The translations under genes and the position numbers were made by a program. This document shows positions 28,849 through 38,275 of a stretch of DNA of 64,000 nucleotides, piece by piece. Under the pieces are notes generated by a model, which worked only from the letters and a program-made list of their open reading frames with translations, was not told the DNA's origin and made no database searches. The stretch lies in the IMG/VR virus record IMGVR_UViG_3300020477_000013, positions 137,586-201,585 of that record, one strand, 5' to 3'. Numbering within the stretch: position 1 is the first letter of the stretch; every line of letters starts with the position of its first letter. Source of the stretch: a virus. Its lineage: Duplodnaviria > Caudoviricetes.

Positions 28849-29120
28849 ATGTTGACCTAGGTTCTTCAAGTTGGCATAATTTTTCTACACCTTCAAAGCC
28901 TCTGGGGGTTAGGGAGTCGCAACAGTCTGGTGAGAGTTTTACTGGGAATGCGTATCTCAACTCGCGTAGGGAAAAGAAGGCCTCCCGGAATGCCAAGAAG
29001 AAATATGCCCCGGCGGTGATATGCAATATTTCTGGCATCCACCCGGATTCCCTAAAGAGGTCTGTGTTAACATATAATAGATTCGGGGGGCTGTGTTATA
29101 CGTATGATATCATTAAATGA
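28845..29120 (+). CDS. Hypothetical basic protein
   Basis: TTG start overlapping upstream stop; fills gap. Confidence 0.4.
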   Translation: MNVDLGSSSWHNFSTPSKPLGVRESQQSGESFTGNAYLNSRREKKASRNAKKKYAPAVICNISGIHPDSLKRSVLTYNRFGGLCYTYDIIK

Positions 29121-29973
29121 TAGATTTAGCTATGTTGGTAATACACCACTCATGCGATTGGGCGAAAATCTTTGGGCAAAACTTGAAACCTTTAGTCTAA
29201 CCGGGTCCGTTAAAGACAGGCTAATTAGCTTTATTCTTGCCCGTGCTATTTCTAGGGGTGATATTGATGAGAATTCTGTACTCGTTGAAGCCACATCGGG
29301 GAACACCGGTATATCGCTAGCTGCGCACGGAGCCAAGCTCGGCCTTAAAGTTAAGATCATTATGCCTAAAAATATGAGTGCTGAACGTAAGCAAATGATG
29401 AGTATCTACGGGGCAGAGATAATAGAGGTGGGGGATAGCGATTTTGAAGGTGCAATTGTTGCCCGTAATAATCTCGTGGCCTCGAATACTAGGTACTGGT
29501 CACCAAATCAATTTGAGAATTTAGACAACATACTGTGCCATCGTCTAACTACTGCACCTGAAATTTCATCTCAATTACCTCCAGGCGTTAAATGGGAAGC
29601 ATTTGTTTCGGGCGCTGGAACGGGAGGTACGATTATGGGTGTACAGCAATATGTTAATGCGGTAGGATCATTAGACACTAAGGTAATAATGGTTATGCCT
29701 GCTGAGGACTCAAAAAAACATGGCATCCAAGGAATTAATGATGGGGCTGATTTTTTGGTAGATCATACATGCATTGATGAATCGATTAGTATTAAGACTA
29801 CCGATGCAAAGAACAGGGCGCGCCGACTAGCCAGTGAGAATGGCTTGTTAGTAGGGATTAGCGCCGGTGCGAATGTTTTAGCTGCTGAAATGTGGATCCG
29901 AAAAAATAAGCCAAAAGGTGCAGTGGTTACAATATTATGTGATCGTGGCGAGAGATACCTTAGTATTCTATAG
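29104..29973 (+). CDS. cysK: Cysteine synthase (PLP-dependent, CysK/CysM family)
   Basis: GNTPL, GSVKDR, EATSGNTG, GAGTGGT, GISAGA, CDRGERYLS. Confidence 0.88.
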   Translation: MISLNDRFSYVGNTPLMRLGENLWAKLETFSLTGSVKDRLISFILARAISRGDIDENSVLVEATSGNTGISLAAHGAKLGLKVKIIMPKNMSAERKQMMSIYGAEIIEVGDSDFEGAIVARNNLVASNTRYWSPNQFENLDNILCHRLTTAPEISSQLPPGVKWEAFVSGAGTGGTIMGVQQYVNAVGSLDTKVIMVMPAEDSKKHGIQGINDGADFLVDHTCIDESISIKTTDAKNRARRLASENGLLVGISAGANVLAAEMWIRKNKPKGAVVTILCDRGERYLSIL

Positions 29974-29995
29974 GTTGCTGCATATATAGATTATA

Positions 29996-30190
29996 ATGAA
30001 GTTGACCATAACAGAGCTTAGGGCGTTGATTAGAGAGTCATTTATCTCTATAATTAATGAGGGCCTCCCTTATCCGGATAAAGGAGCACCTGATATTAAT
30101 ATCCCTGACCCTGACCCAGATGTCGGAGATGCTGAAGATCTTCCAGGCGAAGGTGATGTCAATAGGCTCATCGCAACGGTTTATCCCTAA
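29996..30190 (+). CDS. Leader-family protein (divergent)
   Basis: MKLTITELRALIRE. Confidence 0.7.
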   Translation: MKLTITELRALIRESFISIINEGLPYPDKGAPDINIPDPDPDVGDAEDLPGEGDVNRLIATVYP

Positions 30191-30913
30191 TTATTTTATC
30201 CCTTGAGCCTTAGGGTACCTTTTTGTGGCGTATGAGAGATACTCTTTTCTAATCATAGACATTAAGCTATGGAGTTCTTCTTCATCATAGCCTTCCCTTA
30301 ATCCTCTCTCATAAATGAAAGTTAGTTCTTCATCTATAATTTTACCTAGGGGAAGCCGATTTCTTTTTGCTCGTTTCATAAATCCAGCTATATGGCCTGC
30401 GATCTCCCCGGGACACATATAGTATGATGCAGCGTTAGATAAAGACGCCCAAATATCTTCTTCTCCGGATAGGTGTTTAGAGCAGTCCATTAATTCTGAT
30501 GTCTCTTGTCCAGAGTGCTCTAGTTCATGCCGAAGTGCATCAGTTAATTCTTCATCAATGAACCCCAGCATGCTATCTTTAAAGTCTCGTGGTAGCCTGA
30601 GAAAAACCCTAATATCAGAATTTTTTCTTTGCTTTTCTGTTGCATCAATGTCGAATTCATAAGCTGCTGAGGCGCTTGGCGTACCTTCGCTAATATCGAT
30701 TATCACATATCGTAAATACTCGATATCGTCAAGCTCGGGGACATCCTGGAGCATAAAGCTCACGTTTCCGATTTCCATAAAGTGTTCACGTACTTCAGGA
30801 TCTTTTATCGCTTTCATAACATGGCGCTTGATTGTTGTTGTGTACCTATCAAGCTTTCTACCCGTTATAATAGCTTCTGATATAACAAGGCGTAAGAGTT
30901 TTAATCCTTTCAT
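30191..30913 (-). CDS. Putative Zn-metallopeptidase-like protein
   Basis: LRHELEH (HExxH) plus downstream E; N-terminal LLRLVISE. Confidence 0.65.
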   Translation of the reverse strand: MKGLKLLRLVISEAIITGRKLDRYTTTIKRHVMKAIKDPEVREHFMEIGNVSFMLQDVPELDDIEYLRYVIIDISEGTPSASAAYEFDIDATEKQRKNSDIRVFLRLPRDFKDSMLGFIDEELTDALRHELEHSGQETSELMDCSKHLSGEEDIWASLSNAASYYMCPGEIAGHIAGFMKRAKRNRLPLGKIIDEELTFIYERGLREGYDEEELHSLMSMIRKEYLSYATKRYPKAQGIK

Positions 30914-30935
30914 GTTTTTAAATATATGTTGTGTT

Positions 30936-30964
30936 GTGCAAAATGGCTCTTCTTAGAATATAAT
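30936..30964 (+). promoter_or_regulatory. Early-type promoter GTGCAA-N17-TATAAT
   Basis: Exact motif. Confidence 0.8.
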
Positions 30965-30990
30965 ATGAATATAAGGCAAAGGAAAACTTT

Positions 30991-31440
30991 ATGGCAAGCA
31001 TTTCCAAGAAAACACTTGCGGCGGCAAAAGCCAATATTAGAGAAAAAACGCCTGATGTGTGTGAAGACGAACGTGTTAACAATACACGTGCACGTAAGAA
31101 AGATATGCAAAATGCTAGGGCTGCTGCACGCGCTATGAGGCCCGACCGGTCTTTCTCTAGAAAGGTAGTAACCGGCCCAAATTCTTTAAAGCGGCGCCGG
31201 CCTAAGACTAGCTTTAATTACTCTGAGGGCTCTCTTGTTGAGGTTCGAAAGTCATTTTCGAATTACAATACGCAATACATTTCCGTAGATAAAGGTACCA
31301 TTGCTATGGTTGTCAATGGTCCATATGAGACAGGACATTCTACATATGGGGTAGACATTCTCATTGGTGGAATGATGGTTAAAAATGTTAATCCCAAGTA
31401 TCTCATAATGCATATGGCACCGGGGAGAGATCATGAATAA
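30991..31440 (+). CDS. Hypothetical protein with C-terminal SH3-like domain
   Basis: 149 aa downstream of promoter. Confidence 0.7.
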   Translation: MASISKKTLAAAKANIREKTPDVCEDERVNNTRARKKDMQNARAAARAMRPDRSFSRKVVTGPNSLKRRRPKTSFNYSEGSLVEVRKSFSNYNTQYISVDKGTIAMVVNGPYETGHSTYGVDILIGGMMVKNVNPKYLIMHMAPGRDHE

Positions 31441-31714
31441 AGACTTTAATACCAGGTCGGCAGTTGAACCTCTGCTACTGGAAGGGTATGCTTTGAAAGA
31501 GAAGTGTGGACGTACATCATTGTGTATCGGCTCAAGGCTAAAAAGCTTGCGTGCACCCCAGGTTTCTAATGAGAAATATGCTCGTCTAGACGCACCCAGC
31601 ATTCCTGTATACGAATACAAGATGTTTGATGAGGGAATGATATCATATATAGATTCAGATGACGTTGTTGAGATGTTATCAGGGGGCGCTAGAATTGTCA
31701 TCACGGAAATCTAG
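31433..31714 (+). CDS. Hypothetical protein
   Basis: 93 aa, RBS GGGGAG. Confidence 0.6.
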   Translation: MNKDFNTRSAVEPLLLEGYALKEKCGRTSLCIGSRLKSLRAPQVSNEKYARLDAPSIPVYEYKMFDEGMISYIDSDDVVEMLSGGARIVITEI

Positions 31715-31931
31715 TAAAAGAAGGCAAGCTGGTCACAAGTCGCAAAAAGACCTTCCTCCTAAATTTAAGTTGGGTCATAGGATTGCACTTGATACACCGG
31801 CCGGTGATGTGATAGGTGAGATAAAAGAATGTGATTTAACTCATGCGGTAATGGTTAGCGATTTAGACAACACGATACGTTATCGGCTGCCTCATGAAAT
31901 GATTAAGCGAGGAAAGGTTAGATTTTTATAG
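31659..31931 (+). CDS. Hypothetical SH3-like protein
   Basis: FKLGHRIAL...; start uncertain. Confidence 0.45.
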   Translation: MTLLRCYQGALELSSRKSSKRRQAGHKSQKDLPPKFKLGHRIALDTPAGDVIGEIKECDLTHAVMVSDLDNTIRYRLPHEMIKRGKVRFL

Positions 31932-31998
31932 CATGTGAGATGCGAATATCTAGTTAGGAGATTAGTTATAAAATAGGGATTTAGTAATTCTGTTTTTT

Positions 31999-32340
31999 AT
32001 GTCACTTACTATTAAAAATTTTATCTCAGAAAGATATGAATATGCTACTTTTTACTTTTTGCTATTTTTCATTGTCGCTGCAAATGCTTTCGATGCACTG
32101 TGTACGATAAGCTGGATTGAGTCCGGCCTAGCCGTCGAGGCGAATCCTCTTATGGCATATCTTTTAGAGCGTGGGCATAACTTATTTTTTGTTGTAAAGA
32201 TGTCTGTCGTTTGTGTAGCTACATGGATTCTTTATTTGAGGCGGCACTTTAGGCTAACCCGGATTCTGGTCGTACCGGTTTCATTGGTTTACGCAGTTGT
32301 GTTAATGATTCACTTAAGTATGATAGGCTTACCAGGCTAG
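31999..32340 (+). CDS. Membrane protein (DUF5658-like)
   Basis: NAFDALCT...EANPLM motif, three TM helices. Confidence 0.7.
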   Translation: MSLTIKNFISERYEYATFYFLLFFIVAANAFDALCTISWIESGLAVEANPLMAYLLERGHNLFFVVKMSVVCVATWILYLRRHFRLTRILVVPVSLVYAVVLMIHLSMIGLPG

Positions 32341-32354
32341 GAGAAAATTAATTT

Positions 32355-32579
32355 ATGGTGACATGGATTATTATTGCTATCGCTTTTTCGATTCTACTTC
32401 ACAGTATATACCACTCTTACAGGCGCGCGAAGTATGAGTCTGACATCACTTCTTATCTTGAGGAATGCCGCCGGCGAAGAATCGATGCCTTATACGGTCG
32501 GCTTTCTATTGCGGACGACAGGGATGCGGTTTACCAGGTGGTAGAAAATGAAGATGAAAAGCCTAACGGGGAGTTTTGA
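32355..32579 (+). CDS. Small membrane-anchored protein
   Basis: N-terminal TM, RBS AGGAG. Confidence 0.65.
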   Translation: MVTWIIIAIAFSILLHSIYHSYRRAKYESDITSYLEECRRRRIDALYGRLSIADDRDAVYQVVENEDEKPNGEF

Positions 32580-32754
32580 TTTGTGCACCCGCGATTGCCT
32601 ACTGGATTATGATATCATGACCTGCATGGGTTGTGGAAGAACGCTGGACGAAATCAGTAACTGGTTTTTCATGTCAGCTCAAGAAAAGTATGCAGTCGCT
32701 CAGAGAATTGATAGGGCCAAGTCATGTGGCGATAACAAGAAAGGGGGTAAGTAA
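32548..32754 (+). CDS. DUF1289-like Cys-cluster protein
   Basis: C-x3-C...C-x-G-C-G-R-T-L-D-E-I-x-x-W. Confidence 0.75.
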   Translation: MKMKSLTGSFDLCTRDCLLDYDIMTCMGCGRTLDEISNWFFMSAQEKYAVAQRIDRAKSCGDNKKGGK

Positions 32755-32756
32755 GT

Positions 32757-33005
32757 ATGGAAGCCCCAGGTGTCGAAAATAACCTCAGTCATATCATAAG
32801 AGATATCGACGATTCTTTAAAGAAGTTTTCCGAAGTGTACATGACCATTAATAGTTCAATACAGTCTGCAGGTGACCTAGATGTTGACAAGGCTTTTATC
32901 ATAAGGGCTGAAATGATGCTAGGTCGTATGCATTCGCTTAGGGAAGATATACAGAAGGTTAGAGATGGCCTTAGGGAGATATCTACTTCTGCTAGTGCAA
33001 TTTGA
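32757..33005 (+). CDS. Hypothetical helical protein
   Basis: 82 aa ORF. Confidence 0.6.
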   Translation: MEAPGVENNLSHIIRDIDDSLKKFSEVYMTINSSIQSAGDLDVDKAFIIRAEMMLGRMHSLREDIQKVRDGLREISTSASAI

Positions 33006-33055
33006 AATAACGCATGGTATAATATAAATGTGGTAAGGGGATTACCACACAGGAG
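32995..33055 (+). promoter_or_regulatory. Promoter plus stem-loop plus RBS cassette
   Basis: GTGCAA-N17-TATAAT, hairpin GTGGTAA-GGGGA-TTACCAC, AGGAG. Confidence 0.8.
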
Positions 33056-33060
33056 ATATC

Positions 33061-33177
33061 ATGATTAGGTTTTTAACAGATTGTGTTTGTGCTTTTTTCT
33101 TGGGCCAACTAGCCGCCTTAGGCTTTGTCGTCGGTTCTTGTTTGGGTATCGCGCTTCTGTTGGCTATGGTGTTTTAG
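33061..33177 (+). CDS. Small hydrophobic peptide (38 aa)
   Basis: Directly after cassette RBS; MIRFLTDCVCAFFLGQLAALG... Confidence 0.55.
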   Translation: MIRFLTDCVCAFFLGQLAALGFVVGSCLGIALLLAMVF

Positions 33178-33852
33178 CTCTTTGCGCCTTGCAAACCTGG
33201 TTAACAATCTTCTGGTTAGTGCACTCGGTTTCTCCCATGCCCTATGCGAAGTGGGGAGTGTAGCACAGTAATTCATGAATCTAATGAAGCTAAAAAATTC
33301 AGGCCGTAAGTAAGAAGGAATATCACGGTCTTTTTCGTATTGTAGCCTTTGGGCTTTATCAATCCACCCATTTTTTTCTATGAATTTTTTTCTATATTCA
33401 CTGTGTTCAGGGATGATGAGCTCAGCTAGCTTTCTTCTCTTCTTTGCCCATGGTGAATTTTCATATTCAATACGCTCCATGTAGCTGCGAAATTTTTCCA
33501 ATCCTTTATCATGGGTTTGTAGGAGTTGTAGATCGTATGACGGAAACACTTGGTGGTGCACTAGATTGAGGTGTCGGCATATGCTAATTGCTTTTGCCCC
33601 AAGGCCAGACCCTATGTGAAAATGATCCATGCCTATGTGATTGAGGATGATCATCGTTCGCAATATTGGGTTTCCGAATTTCGCCCCCGCATATCTTTCT
33701 GAATCATCAATATCAGGTATGATAACATAGGGGGCCATTTCGAAATTCCCCTGGATTAACTGCCACTTATTCGGAACGGTTTTAATGAGGCCGGCATCAA
33801 TGAATACCTGTAGTCTGTCTTCAAGCATCACTTTAAATGCATCGGTACCCAT
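33118..33852 (-). CDS. Hypothetical protein
   Basis: 244 aa ORF, RBS AAGGA on minus strand. Confidence 0.75.
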   Translation of the reverse strand: MGTDAFKVMLEDRLQVFIDAGLIKTVPNKWQLIQGNFEMAPYVIIPDIDDSERYAGAKFGNPILRTMIILNHIGMDHFHIGSGLGAKAISICRHLNLVHHQVFPSYDLQLLQTHDKGLEKFRSYMERIEYENSPWAKKRRKLAELIIPEHSEYRKKFIEKNGWIDKAQRLQYEKDRDIPSYLRPEFFSFIRFMNYCATLPTSHRAWEKPSALTRRLLTRFARRKELKHHSQQKRDTQTRTDDKA

Positions 33853-33933
33853 TCCACTATTCCTTAAGAAAGATCGAAGGCGCTACCCTTCTTATTAATA
33901 GATATGGGATATCAAAATAAATGTATACAGCAC

Positions 33934-33962
33934 GTGTAAAAAACTGTGATTTATAATATGAT
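33934..33962 (+). promoter_or_regulatory. Promoter variant GTGTAA-N17-TATGAT
   Basis: Upstream of tRNA-Leu. Confidence 0.6.
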
Positions 33963-33981
33963 TGCTATGTAAAGATAATAT

Positions 33982-34068
33982 GGCACCGTGGCGGAATTGG
34001 TATACGCATCAGACTTAAAATCTGACGCCCGTACGGGATTGAGGGTTCGAGTCCCTCCGGTGCTACCA
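33982..34068 (+). tRNA. tRNA-Leu(TAA)
   Basis: Cloverleaf with long variable arm, CTTAAAA loop, CCA. Confidence 0.95.
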
Positions 34069-34107
34069 CACATGTTACAGACTTGGTCGGTAAATTTTTG
34101 AGAGAAA

Positions 34108-34731
34108 ATGATTATATTTAGATACGAGGGTATACCAGTACGTCTTCATTTTAGTTTCTGGATTTTAGTTGCTTTTTTAGTACTTCCCGAGATGGTCACT
34201 GGAAGTATGGGAAGTGCTTTTTTATTGGTGCTAATGCTTACTGGGCTTTTCGGCTCTGTCGTTCTTCATGAGTTTGGGCATGCCTTGATGGCCAGAAGGT
34301 TTGGTATTGACACAACTTCAATTACATTATACCCCTTTGGGGGTATTGCTGCTCTTAAGAGTGAGCCCCAGACGAGTAGGTCAGAATTTTATATAGCAGT
34401 CGCCGGTCCGGCTGTTAACATCGTTTTGTGCGTTATGCTTTTTCCATTTTATATGATAGACATGCCTTTAGCTGCGGAGCTAATTACTGTTAATCTAGTT
34501 TTGGGTATTTTTAATCTAATTCCCGCTTTTCCGATGGACGGGGGCAGAATATTGAGGGCATATTTGTCACAAAAAATGTCACGTAAGGGTGCAACGATCA
34601 TTTCTTTAAGGGTCTCTAGGGTATTTGCATGGGTGTTTATTGCCCTCGGTTTGGTCACCAGTGGCGTTAACCTAGTGTTGATTGGGGGATTCTTGCTTCT
34701 ATTCATTAGCCAAATAGAGCGTCAGGTTTAG
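34108..34731 (+). CDS. Site-2 protease (peptidase M50)
   Basis: LHEFGH, AGP, NLIPAFPMDGG, multiple TM helices. Confidence 0.92.
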   Translation: MIIFRYEGIPVRLHFSFWILVAFLVLPEMVTGSMGSAFLLVLMLTGLFGSVVLHEFGHALMARRFGIDTTSITLYPFGGIAALKSEPQTSRSEFYIAVAGPAVNIVLCVMLFPFYMIDMPLAAELITVNLVLGIFNLIPAFPMDGGRILRAYLSQKMSRKGATIISLRVSRVFAWVFIALGLVTSGVNLVLIGGFLLLFISQIERQV

Positions 34732-34806
34732 GTTAACCAAAGGCATATGCCCTAAACATGTTTACAATATTGTAATCATGATGGATATTATGTGTTCTAA
34801 TAGAGA

Positions 34807-34998
34807 TTGAGGATGAATTTTATGAGATATGTACTTATGATTATTTTGATGTTTGTTGCACTAACAATGGGTTCGTGCTATGTCCCAATGCCATCAGTTG
34901 GTGTTAGGTCGACTCCCATTAAGCATACTAAGAGGTGTGTACACACTTCAGGCGGCTCAATTAAATGTGAGCATACTCAGACGTACGTTAGGTATTAA
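34807..34998 (+). CDS. Putative small lipoprotein
   Basis: Hydrophobic N-terminus ending MGSC. Confidence 0.55.
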   Translation: MRMNFMRYVLMIILMFVALTMGSCYVPMPSVGVRSTPIKHTKRCVHTSGGSIKCEHTQTYVRY

Positions 34999-35003
34999 TC
35001 ACA

Positions 35004-35330
35004 ATGCGTATATGGACAATATCAACGATAGGGAAATGTGTTCTCTTAGCATTGTTTTATTTATCTTTGTCTTCATGTATAGATGTCAGTATAGATCCGC
35101 TAGACCCCCTAGGGCACCCACCACATGATGGAATGTACATATCCCTTTATGCGGATGCCCACTATACACACCCCCAGTGTTATGCCGACATTGTTTTTGA
35201 GTATGATCATCCTATAGATTGTGATGATGAATGTTGCTATTGGGAAGATGGGTATTGTGAGTTACTATATTGCACCGATGATGTCTTGGATTGCGATTGG
35301 AAGTTAGTATCGGATTCATGCGTGACTTAA
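35004..35330 (+). CDS. Putative Cys-rich lipoprotein
   Basis: LSSC lipobox, several C-terminal Cys. Confidence 0.6.
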   Translation: MRIWTISTIGKCVLLALFYLSLSSCIDVSIDPLDPLGHPPHDGMYISLYADAHYTHPQCYADIVFEYDHPIDCDDECCYWEDGYCELLYCTDDVLDCDWKLVSDSCVT

Positions 35331-35457
35331 TAACCCCATGGGAAGGGGCAAAGTGAGTTATGCGGTTTTGCGTGTGTAGTCCCGTTATAAGAACACTAGT
35401 GTTCTTCTTCCGTGCCTCTCATCCGCGTTTCGCAAATCGAGGGATATAGTTATATGT

Positions 35458-36093
35458 ATGCAAGGAGAAGAACCAGAGACAGGCTTTCAAGAGCTGCTAG
35501 TGCTTGCCGACGTCGCCCGTCTCGAGTTCGAACAGTTTAGTGAGAGAGACAAGCTTTATCGACGTGAGTTCAATCGAGAATTTGCGGATGAACTAGCATA
35601 CCTCGTTTCACAGGATGCACTTCCCAAGGAAGAAAAGGGTGCTAAGATTGATGGGGAAGACGAGAGGGAAGCTGTGTCTAAAAAGACCCTCAAGAAAATG
35701 CACCGAAAACTAGCAAGGTTGACCCACCCCGACCTCACGGATGCAGAGGATGACACAGAGTTTAAAAAGATCCAGGAGGCATATGAGGCCGGTGACGTTG
35801 CAACGATCGTCGCGGCCTGCAAGCAACACAATGTCAACGTTGACCTGACCGCCCTAGAGTCTCGCTCTCTCCGAAAACAGATAGAATCAAGGAGACAACA
35901 TGTTGCTGCTGGAATGGCCACCGCTCACTGGATCTGGTGTGAGTCTGACAAGACTGATAGCATCCGACGCCACATGTGGACATACATGAACATTGACCCC
36001 GCTGAATATGAAAAGTGGTTATCTGATAATGACATAGTCGTTCTTAAGGAGCTAAAAGAAGATGAGATTTTGGTCAGTTTTAGTGTGGAATAG
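35458..36093 (+). CDS. J-domain-containing protein
   Basis: HRKLARLTHPD...FKKIQEAY. Confidence 0.75.
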   Translation: MQGEEPETGFQELLVLADVARLEFEQFSERDKLYRREFNREFADELAYLVSQDALPKEEKGAKIDGEDEREAVSKKTLKKMHRKLARLTHPDLTDAEDDTEFKKIQEAYEAGDVATIVAACKQHNVNVDLTALESRSLRKQIESRRQHVAAGMATAHWIWCESDKTDSIRRHMWTYMNIDPAEYEKWLSDNDIVVLKELKEDEILVSFSVE

Positions 36094-36250
36094 CGAGACA
36101 GAGAGTGAAGAGAGTTTCCGCGTTGCCGGACCCAGCACGAATACCGCGAAGACAATAAAGGATACATTTCGACAAGTGCATCCAGAGTGGAAGAACATCC
36201 GCATGCGACGGGTAAAGAAGCCGACCTGGTGGAAATATGGCGAGAAGTAG
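36062..36250 (+). CDS. Hypothetical protein
   Basis: 62 aa ORF. Confidence 0.6.
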   Translation: MRFWSVLVWNSETESEESFRVAGPSTNTAKTIKDTFRQVHPEWKNIRMRRVKKPTWWKYGEK

Positions 36251-36294
36251 CAATGCTTAAACTTTCGGCAGATCTCGCGTAGGGTTAATCACAT

Positions 36295-36876
36295 ATGGCT
36301 GATGGCACACAGGTCCTGAAAATAATTGATGATATGAACCTAGGCGCGGGTTCTGTCTTTATCGATGCAGGTGCACAGACGGGCCAGGAGCTTCACTACT
36401 TGGCCAACACTGATATCGAGGTGCACTCTTTTGAGTGTCACCCTGAACACTTTAAGCAACTGAATAAAGTGTACGGAGGCTGTCGTAATATTGAGCTATA
36501 TCATGCATGTGTGTATATTCATGATGAGATGATCCCGGTATACTTTAAGCATGGAGACTCTATGGGTTCAATGTCCCTGTGCGAAGCGAAGATTAACGTG
36601 AATGAGAGAGATGGAATTATGGTGCGCTCGATTGACATATGCAATTTTGTCTCTAGCCTAGGGAGACATGTCGATGTGCTCAAGTTAGATGTAGAGGGCG
36701 CTGAGTTTGATATTATAGAAAAGCTCATCACCTCCCACAAGATTAACAACATATCACGCATATACTTCGAGGATCACCTACATAAATTCCACGATCACGC
36801 CTGGCACCAGAAGAGAGAGAAGGTTCTTGAAATGATGACTGCTTTCCCTAATAGTAAATTCGGTGTGTGGTATTAA
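36295..36876 (+). CDS. FkbM-family methyltransferase
   Basis: FIDAGAQTG, VHSFECHP, LKLDVEGAE. Confidence 0.85.
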   Translation: MADGTQVLKIIDDMNLGAGSVFIDAGAQTGQELHYLANTDIEVHSFECHPEHFKQLNKVYGGCRNIELYHACVYIHDEMIPVYFKHGDSMGSMSLCEAKINVNERDGIMVRSIDICNFVSSLGRHVDVLKLDVEGAEFDIIEKLITSHKINNISRIYFEDHLHKFHDHAWHQKREKVLEMMTAFPNSKFGVWY

Positions 36877-36900
36877 TTTTTCAATTTTAGTAATTTAATT

Positions 36901-36929
36901 GTGTAAAATGCGCCAGTATTGGGTAGAAT
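36901..36929 (+). promoter_or_regulatory. Promoter variant GTGTAA-N17-TAGAAT
   Basis: ATG 36937 lies 7 nt downstream, possibly a leaderless mRNA. Confidence 0.6.
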
Positions 36930-36936
36930 AGTACAC

Positions 36937-37392
36937 ATGGATAATAAAAAGCCAGAGACTGTCATCGTTGCCTTGAGCGGAGGGTTTGACCCCCCCACCC
37001 CGGGGCACGTCTCGATGATTCGAGATGCCAAGAATATTGGTGACGTCATTATTATCCTGAATAGCGATGGATGGTGCGACAAGGCACGGTGGTCGGGCAA
37101 GAGGTTCCTACCTTTTGAGACCAGGAAGAGGTGCTTGGAGCTAATCCCCGGGGTTGTGGGGGTCATTGAGGCAAAGGATGCCGATGGTACTGTATGCGAA
37201 TCCTTACGTGAGCTCAAGCCGGACTTTTTTGGAAACGGCGGGAACCGTACGGTAAAGAATACTCCGGAGGTTGAGATGTGTAAGGATCTCGGAATTGGGA
37301 TGTTGTGGTTCCTGGGTGATAATGTCAAGCAGGAGGATCATGACGTCCTTAAGGAGGCCGTGATGGAGGCCAACAGGGTGAGAGGCCTATAG
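36937..37392 (+). CDS. Cytidylyltransferase-like protein (RfaE/TagD family)
   Basis: SGGFDPPTPGH, ILNSD, F-x-N-G-G-x-R, E-x-x-x-C. Confidence 0.8.
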   Translation: MDNKKPETVIVALSGGFDPPTPGHVSMIRDAKNIGDVIIILNSDGWCDKARWSGKRFLPFETRKRCLELIPGVVGVIEAKDADGTVCESLRELKPDFFGNGGNRTVKNTPEVEMCKDLGIGMLWFLGDNVKQEDHDVLKEAVMEANRVRGL

Positions 37393-37533
37393 TATGGGAG
37401 CAAATATGTTTTTTTTGTAATGGAGCTATGACGTTTTGTATTGGGGATTTTTAGTATCCCCGCATGTAAATTAATTTAGGTGAAAATGCATATGCAGAGT
37501 AACCGCTGTTCTTTTTAAAATAAAGCAATATTT

Positions 37534-37609
37534 GCCCTCGTAACTCAGCAGGCAGAGTAGCGGGCTTTTAACCCGAAAGTCGTAGGTTCGAAACCTACCG
37601 GGGGCACCA
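37534..37609 (+). tRNA. tRNA-Lys(TTT)
   Basis: Cloverleaf, CTTTTAA loop, CCA. Confidence 0.93.
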
Positions 37610-37655
37610 AACACTTCTGTTCCAGGTATCAAAATGATATATCATGCCATGATAT

Positions 37656-37818
37656 GTCACGCCGAGGATGGAAGCCTTAAGGAACGACAATCCTAACTGT
37701 TGAGCTGCTACTCCAGTTAGACAAATCGTTCGCCGTTGCAGCGGAAACCGGAGCCTTGGCACAGCCACCCGGGCAAGCGGTGACGGGGGCATGCGCCGGT
37801 TAGCCCGGCGTGTCCCCC
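37656..37818 (+). ncRNA. Unclassified multi-helix structured RNA
   Basis: Nested complementary segments of 5-14 bp; GC-rich island without a credible ORF. Confidence 0.55.
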
Positions 37819-37872
37819 TAGCTTGTTTGTTTAGAGACTAAGACATAAATTTTTAAAATTAGGAGTTTAACC

Positions 37873-38127
37873 ATGTCCGTAGGAAGACAATTACATAGGG
37901 CAGCTGTTGCCCACTTTGAATCCCAGAGGGAAGAAGCTATCGCTGTGCTTCAGCTTTACTTCACTTCGCCTAGTGCAGTTGGAGATCATCCAGGCCTCGT
38001 CGGCGATATCGTTGAATGGACCTCAAAGATAGCTGAAGCAGAGGATGCCCTCAGGGTCTTGAGTACCATGTTCAGGTTTGAGGAAAATTCACAGGCACCC
38101 ATGGGTAAATCCGAACCAGGCTCCTGA
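37873..38127 (+). CDS. Conserved-looking phage hypothetical protein
   Basis: 84 aa, RBS AGGAG, AVGDHPG motif. Confidence 0.7.
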   Translation: MSVGRQLHRAAVAHFESQREEAIAVLQLYFTSPSAVGDHPGLVGDIVEWTSKIAEAEDALRVLSTMFRFEENSQAPMGKSEPGS

Positions 38128-38139
38128 TAACCCAGATAT

Positions 38140-38215
<76 letters not shown>

Positions 38216-38275
38216 CATATTGATCTTGTACATTTATTCATTGTCTTTTAATTTTTCTTAGGAGGATTTTTTAAA

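Noticed and set aside
37831-37845. AGAGACTA resembling the group I intron R element
   Set aside because: No matching P, Q or S elements and no interrupted gene were found.
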